NCBI GenBank assembly: GCA_009914755.4
Contig: CP068257.2
Location: forward strand, 20,128,001-20,192,000
Direction of reading: 5' to 3'
Source of the DNA: the human T2T-CHM13v2.0 reference genome, Homo sapiens
DNA length: 64,000 nucleotides
This document shows positions 56,263 to 64,000 of the stretch, piece after piece. Within the stretch, counting starts at the first letter, position 1; every line of letters starts with the position of its first letter. The translations under genes were made by a program, and so were the position numbers. The notes under the pieces were generated by a model, which ran no database searches, was not told the origin of the DNA, and worked only from the letters and a program-made list of their open reading frames with translations.

Positions 56263-57610
56263 CAGGTCACACTGATACTGAATGTTGATAGTGAATTCAC
56301 AAGGATACTTATGAAATAGCCTAAAAAATTAGGCAATGAACATAGAAAAAGGAAAGTTGGGTTGCTTTAGGGACTGTCAACTTGGAGGATATGCATCCTA
56401 GAAGAAAGTGAAAAGAAAAAACAGTAGAAAAAAATGTTAACAATGGTGTAACCTGATATGCAGATTTTTGCTTCAGCAAATCACAGTATATATGAAATGT
56501 GTAGAGTAGTCAGAATAATGCATCCATAAGATCCAACCCCGGATGACTCTTCCTTTCTCATGATCTACTCAACAATCTGCCCACCCTTTGTAACCTGTAC
56601 ACAATGTCTTAATAGTTCATCTTTGTTACTGTTTCTTATCCACTGTTAATGAGTCCTCACTAATGGTTTCCAAGACAGAGAAGCTAATAATATAATCGCA
56701 GCTGTAAAATACTTTCTCTGGCTTGCATAAAAATTATTGTATAGAATTATGGAACTTGGTGACTTTTCCTCTGTAATGCTGGCAAGATTATTAGATACAC
56801 AAGTATCTAATACGTGGCCATGAGACTAATCCTAGCTGTATCTAATAATTTCAAATATGACAGGTGTTCTTCAAGTCGAATTGTTAGAAACTATTTTCTT
56901 AAATTAAAAATGTAGCTGTACATTCTGGCAAGAAACACATATTCTGGCAAAGTGAGCCTATTCACTGTTAGAACCAGAGTCCTACACACTATAGGAATGT
57001 GTAGATACACATCTTAGGATATTGAATTGCTTAGTATTCTTCACATTAGGGAAGATTCGTAACTTAATCATGTTTGCCAGTTAAAATTGGAAAATTGTTC
57101 TGGGTAGAGGGGAGGTTAGACACAAGCCTGCCTTACAGGTTTCTGGAGCCATAAGGGACAGCACTTGTACGGCATAAAACCCTAAGCCTAGAATTTAATT
57201 TACAATGATCACATGTGGTTAATCCCCATAGATGCTAAGCAGATGCACTTTCAAGCTCTGCCTGTAGGAAAGCAAGACATCTGTCATTATTTTGTTATAA
57301 GGTAAGAGGGGTGAGGGATCAAGATAGAGCAGAGAACATTTAATTGAAGACAATACACTTCAGAATTAAAATTATGTCTAGTAATAATATTTGGATACTT
57401 TTATTCACAATTAAACTGATTTGAAGCAATTAGACAAGATGCCTGCTAAGACTTCTTTAATAAACTTTATGTTAACAGAATTTTGGATATACAGAAAGGC
57501 TGCAAGGTGAGTAGAGAGAGCTCCCAGTCTCCACTGCCACTAACATCGTGCATTAGTAAGATCATTTGTCACAATTAATCAAACATTATTGAATTTCTCA
57601 TTAAATACAG

Positions 57611-57704
57611 TCAATATTGTGTTCACATGTTTATCATTTTTAATCTCTTGTTCTTTCAGTCAATATTATGTTCACATGTTTATCATTTTTAATCTCGTTC
57701 TTTC
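57611..57704. repeat. Tandem duplication of a 49-bp unit in 2 copies
   Basis: 'tcaatattgtgttcacatgtttatcatttttaatctcttgttctttcag' is followed by 'tcaatattatgttcacatgtttatcatttttaatctcgttctttc'. Confidence 0.85.
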
Positions 57705-58819
57705 TTCTGTTCTAGTATCCCGTCCAGGTTGCCATACTTCATTTAATGACCATTATCTCCTTAGGCACCGCTAGAAGATGAGTGTGTCTCAGACATTCCT
57801 TGCTTTTGATGATCTTGACAGTTTTGAGGAGTACTAGTCAGATATTTTGTAAACTCTCCATCAATTCAGATTCATCTGGTGTTCTTCTTATGATTAGACT
57901 AGGATTTTTGAGAAAAACATCACAAAGGTAAAGTGCCATGTTTATCATACCACCAACATGATATCATTTTTTTATGCTATCCTTGATCACCCGGCTGAGA
58001 GAGTGCTTGTAACATTACTTTTCTCTTCCTCTTTTTTATATCATGCCTTTTAGAGGTAAGTCACTAGGCACAGCCCAACATTTTAAGGGGTGGAGACCTT
58101 AAGTCTTTCAAGTTAATTATATTAGCAAGGACACCAACAGCTCGATATGCGGAGCCTTTGATTGTACAATTAATAAGCAACTCCCAGGACACCAAACCTA
58201 CATTCACCCCCCAGGAAGATATTCTCCAATATCCTCTTACTCTGACCAGGGCAAATTACTATACAAGGAAAATTTCCCAGGGGGACAGCCAAAATGCACT
58301 CAGGACCATGAATAAGGGAATTAATTCTGAGGTGCGGTGTCCTGCTTAGTGACATTTGTTAAATACTTTGAACAAGGCCTATCATTTCCTCTTCCGCCTT
58401 TTGCAAATCAGATTTTTATTGTTATTCTATTCCAAATTCAATGGTTTTTGACATGGGGAGTGTAAACTTGTCTTTTAGTTATCTAAACTAAGTGTCCATA
58501 TTGGAACTTGCAGTATATTATCCATTGTTCATTAACATTTAATGACATTGTAATTTAGTAGGGAAGGGTTCTTTGTTTTGTTTTTGTTTGTTTATTTTTT
58601 GCTGGAGATGGGAAGAGTTTGTATCATTTGTGAGAAGCGAGCGCATGGATATTTGGCCACAGAAATCAATGCAAAAATAAAGGACATTGTCACCATCTGT
58701 TCTTTCACAGTAACAGAACTTTTATTCTGCACACAGTATTGCCCAGAAAAAAAAAAAAAATCACATTCTTTTCACTTCTAAGGAATTAGGTGTGTTCATG
58801 GAATGAAATTCTCTTCAAT

Positions 58820-59583
58820 AAGAGATGTACGCTGGTGGGAATGTAAATTGCTACAGCCACACAAAAAACAGTAGAGAAATTTCTCAAAAAAAATGAAAAT
58901 AAAACTATCATGTGATCCAACAACCCTTCTCCTGGATATACATACAAAAGAAATGACATCAGTATTTTGGAGAGATATCTACATTCTCATGTTTATTATA
59001 GCATTGTTCACAACAGCTAAGATATGAAAGCAAAGTGTTCATCAACGGATGAATGAATTTAGAAAATGTGGTGCATATGCATAATGGAATAGTATTCAGC
59101 CTTTAAAAAGAAGGAAATCCTGCCATTTGAAACAATGTAGATGAACCTGAGGACACTATGTTAAGTGAAATAAGCCAGGCACAGAAAGAAAAATCTTGTA
59201 TGGTCTCACTTACATTTGAAAGATTAAAAAGTTGAACTTATAGAAGCAGAGTTAGAAGAGTGGTTAGGAGAGGCTGGGGATGGAGTGGGTTAGGGAGATG
59301 TTCATAGATAATACAAAATTTCCACTTAATACGAAGAATAAGTTTAAGAGATCTATTATACAACATGATTACTCTAGTTAATAATAATATATTGCAGCTT
59401 GAAAATGACTAAGGGAGAATTTGTGTTCTCACCACAAAAAATAAGTGTATGAGATAACGCATTTGTTAACTAGATTAATTTAGCCATTCTGCAATGTATA
59501 CATTTTCAAAACATAATGTTGTACATGATAAATATGTATAATATTTTCAATTAAATAAATAAATACAATGTTTTAAAAATGTA
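58820..59583 (+). mobile_element. Old L1 (L1M-type) 3' end fragment: ORF2 C-terminus plus 3'UTR
   Basis: 'gctggtgggaatgtaaattgctacagccac...tcatcaacggatgaatgaatttagaaaatgtggtgcatatgcataatggaatagtattcagcctttaaaaagaaggaaatcctgccatttgaaacaatgtagatgaacctgaggacactatgttaagtgaaataagccaggcacagaaag...' matches the L1M 3' consensus ('ctggtgggaatgtaaaatggtacagccac...tccatcaactgatgaatggataaacaaaatgtggtatatccatacaatggaatattattcagccataaaaaggaatgaagtactgatacatgctacaacatggatgaaccttgaaaacattatgctaagtgaaagaagccagtcacaaaag'). It ends with the A-rich 'aataaataaatacaatgttttaaaaatg'. Confidence 0.7.
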
Positions 59584-60439
59584 ACATGTACAGTTTAAGG
59601 GTTAGGTCATAAACGAAAATAATTTAACTCCTACCTTGACTTCCCTGCCTTCTTTCTGTCTGCAATGGAGATGTATTTTTGAGTCATTTTTGAATATGTA
59701 AATTAAAAAGTCTGCATTTTTCATTTAAATGATTCAAGTTGAATTTATGTGGCTTGCAGCTTCTTTTCGATATCAATAAAATATTGTTTTGGCTATAACA
59801 GAATGCACAGCTAATTGTGACTCATAAAATAACCACATTCAGTTATCTCACATAACCAGAAGTCTAATTATGAGCTGTTTTGGATTGGTTCAGAGCCCCA
59901 GCAAGCCCTGGAGGACCCAGGTTCTTGCTCTCCATTCTTCTATCTTCCTTGTAGTGGCAATATCTTCCCTCATAGTATAAAGTGAAATGTCTTGTCTCTA
60001 AGAATTGTATCCAACTATGGCAGCATTTGAAGCAGGAAGGAAAAGAATGAAGAACAAAGTTTTCTTCTTTTAATACCTTCATTTATTAAAGTGGAAATAT
60101 TTTTCCAAATCCCTCACTACTCCAAATAGTCTTCCCTGAAAGCTCATGGAAGAGAACTGAGTCGTTTTGGTCACTCCTATTCAAAATAGTAAGAAGATAC
60201 ACTTCAACAATCTTCAGCCTCTGTCAGTCTCTGTTACAGAAGGTTGATTTTGGAAAGAAAAATACAAATGAGAAGGCAAATGGCTGCTAGGGAGACAAGT
60301 ATCTGTTCCTATATTTTAGTGTACTTTTCTGTAAGAAAGTCCTTTATAGTTTAGATAGCCAAATAAATGGGAAAATGTCAAATGAAGATGATGACTCCTC
60401 ATTTTTACAAATTCCCTGAAACTTCCCTTTCTATATACT

Positions 60440-61637
60440 CAAAAGATGAAGTTTGGTGTACAGACAATTCCATCACCCAGGAAGTGAGCATAGTATCTAA
60501 TAGGTAGGTTTTCAGCCCACACCCCCTCCCTCCTTTTCCCTTCTAGTAAATCCCAGTGTCTATTGTTACCATCTTTTTGTCCATGTGTATTCAATGTCTA
60601 GCTCCCATTTATAAGTGAGAATATGTGGTATTTGGTTTTCCATTCCTTCATTAATTCACTTAGGATAATGGCCTCCAGCTGCAACCATGTTGCTGCAAAG
60701 GACACGACTTCATTTTTTATGGCTGTTTAGTATTCCATAGTGTATATGTGCCATATTTTCTTTATCCAATCCATCTTGGATGAGTATCTAGGTTGATTCT
60801 ACGTCTTTGCTATTGTGAATACTGCTGTGATGAACATACGGGTTCATGTGTCTTTTTGATAGAACTATTTTTCTTTGGGTTTATACTCAATAATGGGATT
60901 GCTAGAGCAAATGGTGGTTCTGTTTTAAGTTCTTTGTGAAGCCTCCAGACTGCTTTTACAGTGGCTGAATTCATTTACATTCCCATCAACAGTATATAAG
61001 TGTTCCCTTTTCTCCACAGCCTGGCCAGCATGTTATTTTTTGACTTCTTAATAATCACCACTCTAACTGGTGTGAGATGGTAGCTCACTGTGGTTTTGAA
61101 TTGCATTTCTTTTATGATTAGTAATGTTGAGCATTTTTGCATATGTTGATTGGCTGCCTATATATCTTCTTTTGAGAAATGTCTTTTGCCCATTTTAGAA
61201 TTTGGTTACTTGGTTTTTGCTTGTTGATTTGTTTAAATTCCTTGCAGATTCTGGATATTAGACTTTTGTTGGATGCATAGTTTGCAAATATTTTATCCCA
61301 TACCATAAACTGTCTGTTTACTCTGTTGATAATTTATTTTGCTGTGCAGAAGCTCCTTAGTATAATTCGGTCTTCTTTGTCAATTTTGTTTTCGTTGCAA
61401 TTGCTTTTGGGGACTTGGCCATTAATTATTTATCAAAGCTGATGTCAAGTGGGCATTTCCTTGGTTTTCTTTTATGAATTTTTGTAGTTTGAGGTCTTAC
61501 ATTTAATTCTTTAACCCATCTTGAGTTAATTTTTGCATATGGTGAAAGTTAGGGTTCCAGTTTCAATCTTCTGCATGTTGCTAGCCAGTTATTCCAGCAC
61601 CATCTATTGAATAGGGAGTCCTTTCCCTATACAGTAA
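60440..61637 (-). mobile_element. L1 (L1PA/L1PB-like) fragment in antisense: 3'UTR plus ~1 kb of ORF2 C-terminal region
   Basis: The sequence reads 'cccatttataagtgagaatatgtggtatttggttttccattcc...ccagctgcaaccatgttgctgcaaaggacacgacttcattttttatggctgtttagtattccatagtgtatatgtgccatattttctttatccaatccatcttggatg...' and continues '...ctaactggtgtgagatggtagctcactgtggttttgaattgcatttcttttatgattagtaatgttgagcatttttgcatatg...'. The - strand ORF at 61118-61306 encodes 'WDKIFANYASNKSLISRICKEFKQINKQKPSNQILKWAKDISQKKIY', an L1 ORF2p C-terminal remnant. Confidence 0.75.
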
Positions 61638-63236
61638 CATGATGTGCAGGTTTGTAGTCTAGGAGCAATAGTTCATACCATGTAGCCTAGGTGTGTAGTA
61701 AGATGTATCATATGGGTTTGTGTTGGTACACTCTGTGATGTTTGCGCAACAATGAAATCCCTAATGATGCATTTAGTATATGAATACTAAGGCAGGTCTT
61801 AAAAATTATATATTTAATAAACAATGTACCTAACAGGGTTTCTATAAGAACCAGATGGCATAGTCAAATTTGAAGTTTGGGCACAGTTTATTGGATGCAA
61901 ACAAGGCATATATGACTGTTCTGTGACCTGAGCTCGGTAGCAGTCGAGAGACACCAAACCACAACCCTTGAGGAAAGGAAGCAGTGATAATAACCTGATA
62001 GACGAAAATTATGGAATGGAGGTTCCCTTGAGAGCAGCAGTGACAATGAATTAATTGCACAGTTCAAATCAACCTCACAGAAAAGGAAATCAGGGGAATG
62101 AATACCCTGACCTACTATCTTCCCTCTTTTTTCCTCTAACTCACAGCATCTAGTAGACTGAGCCAAACTAGAACAGCAGGACACAAGGGAGCCCATTGAT
62201 CCATATATTAGAGGTCAGCTTCATGTAGTAGATAACAGAGTTGAAAAGTCTGGAGAGTGAATCTAAAGGAGCAAAGGAAAGGTACCCTGCAAAACAAGCA
62301 AAACATCCCCATGGAAAGAAATTCAAAGGGAGAAACACATTTGTTTTGACACAAGCTCGGTATTTCAGTTCACTGATCTAGAGGTAGCCACAATAGGTAG
62401 CCAACATACAAACACTAAGAAAATTGCCTTTAGATTTTTGTTTTAACAGTAAGAGTTGATGGTTATAAGAAGTAAATGAACCTAGACAGAGAACACAGGA
62501 TTCGAGATATATCACTAGACTAGGGGTGCGTGGGTGGGGACGGGAAATACTATATTTGCAGGATTGGAAAGATCGTTGCTAAGTATTTGGATTTATATAT
62601 ATCAAATATGAACCAATTAATTGTATAGCAAGGCTTGCTTCAGGCCCATATTCTTTCACTGATGTAATTTAATTAGAATGATCTTGCTGATTCTTTAACT
62701 CTTGTTGTATGTTTTATCTCTTTATACCAACACATTATACCCTACCAAACTCAGAATCTTTTTTTTTCCTGTGATGGTTTAGAAGTTACACCTAGTTCTT
62801 CTACTCTCTTAGTTGTTACTTTTAACTTATATATCTAAATAAGTATTTTTATAATTACTGCTTCTAGCCCCTGGCTGTTAAATAAGACACTGTTAGCAAA
62901 TTTTAACCACTTAGGAAACACTTTTTCACATTGTCCTAATTGATTCTATTTAGAAATTAAATTCTAATGGTTTGGTCACTATTATTGTTTTCACACGTGA
63001 CAGTTAACTTGCTAATATATTTTGGTCTTTTATTGTAGTCATCTTTTTTGGCAGCATACTGCATTCATATAGGTTGCCATTTACCAAAATATGTCTTGCA
63101 GATTTAAAGTGAGGGGTGTGTGGTATGTGAGTCTTCTTCATAGTTACTTATCCACATCAATTATGAATGATGGTGCACCTGGATGGATAATTTTTGGTGA
63201 CATTTACCTTTTTTGATGTAATTCTTAAACTTTTTT

Positions 63237-63527
63237 GTTGTTGTTTTGAGATGGAGTCTCACTCTGTCGCCCAGGCTGCGGTGTAGTGGTGCAATCTCGG
63301 CTCATCGCAACCTCTGCCGCCCGGGTTCAAGCGATTCTCCTGCCTCAGCCTCCTGAGTAGCTGGGACTACAGGTGCCTGCCACCATGCCTGGCTAATTTT
63401 TATATTTTTAGTAGAGACGGGGTTTCACCATGTTGGCCAGGCTGATCTTGAACTCCTCATCTCGTGATTCACCCGCCTTGGTTTCCCAAAGTGCTGGGAT
63501 TACAGGCGTGAGCCACTGTGCTGGGCC
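63237..63527 (-). mobile_element. Alu SINE with a 9-10 bp TSD AACTTTTTT
   Basis: The Alu reads 'gttgttgttttgagatggagtctcactctgtcgcccaggctgcggtgtagtggtgcaatctcggctcatcgcaacctctgccgcccgggttcaagcgattctcctgcctcagcctcctgagtagctgggactacagg' and ends '...gagccactgtgctgggcc'. Its flanks are 'aactttttt' (63228-63236) and 'aacttttttt' (63528-63537). Confidence 0.9.
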
Positions 63528-64000
63528 AACTTTTTTTCAGTGACCCTGCCATACATTAATGATTAAAAACTTACTGTCAATCTAATTAACATCTCTAAAA
63601 TTTCTTTTTCTTTTTATCTGGGAGTTCCTATAATTTTCCTTTTAATTATACCTGGTCTTCCATTTTACTGCAAAGGGCCTCAGAGTGGTTTTCTTTGTAG
63701 TTATATTTTGGCACTGTCAATCTGAGACTTCTTAGTATTTTAAAATGCTAAGAAAAACATAATTAATTTTTATCTTCATATACTGTTTCTTTGACATTTC
63801 CTCTATTATCCTGTGAAAATCCTACTAAATATGTGTCGCAGTTCCTAAATCTTCCTTATTTTTATTTTTTGGCAAATTACTTTTCTTGTGTTGCTTTCTG
63901 GGCAAATTCCTCAGAACTGTCTCTAGATGCACTCATTATTTCTTTACTATATGTGGCCTATAATTCCTTCCACTCATTAATTTTTTAATTCAATGACTAC

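Noticed and set aside
58820-61637. The opposite-orientation L1 pair as a second twin-priming event
   Set aside because: The two fragments belong to different L1 age classes (L1M-like versus L1P-like). They are separated by ~850 bp of unrelated sequence and do not map to adjacent consensus coordinates.

Overview
This window is primate, almost certainly human, nuclear DNA from a repeat-dense, gene-poor region. It is not a prokaryotic or phage locus. The AT-rich sequence carries at least 13 Alu SINEs and several L1 LINE fragments, including an old antisense L1 of about 7 kb spanning 14088-20975. That L1 has been invaded by two Alus, a full-length THE1 (ERVL-MaLR) provirus with a 5-bp target-site duplication (TSD), and a (GT)n tract. 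There is also a small L1 insertion with the inverted/forward architecture of twin priming and a 16-bp TSD. Other content includes THE1/MST/MLT1-type MaLR LTRs (one nested inside another), MIR fragments, microsatellites, a telomere-like hexamer tract, and several tandem duplications.

I find no supportable protein-coding gene, RNA gene, CRISPR array or operon-like structure. Every ORF in the supplied track lies in a repeat, is low-complexity, or is too short to support, and the only recognisable coding remnants are decayed L1 ORF2 pieces. The 'novel biological system' the prompt invites is not supported by this sequence. The items worth a second look are structural: the twin-primed L1, an L1 that may have lost ORF1 (possibly a spliced L1 copy), an AT-rich palindromic inverted repeat, a 242-bp tandem duplication that spans an Alu boundary, and a diverged pair of dispersed ~175-bp copies. 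All family assignments are from reading the sequence and recalled consensus features. Subfamily names are approximate, and boundaries are within about 10 bp.
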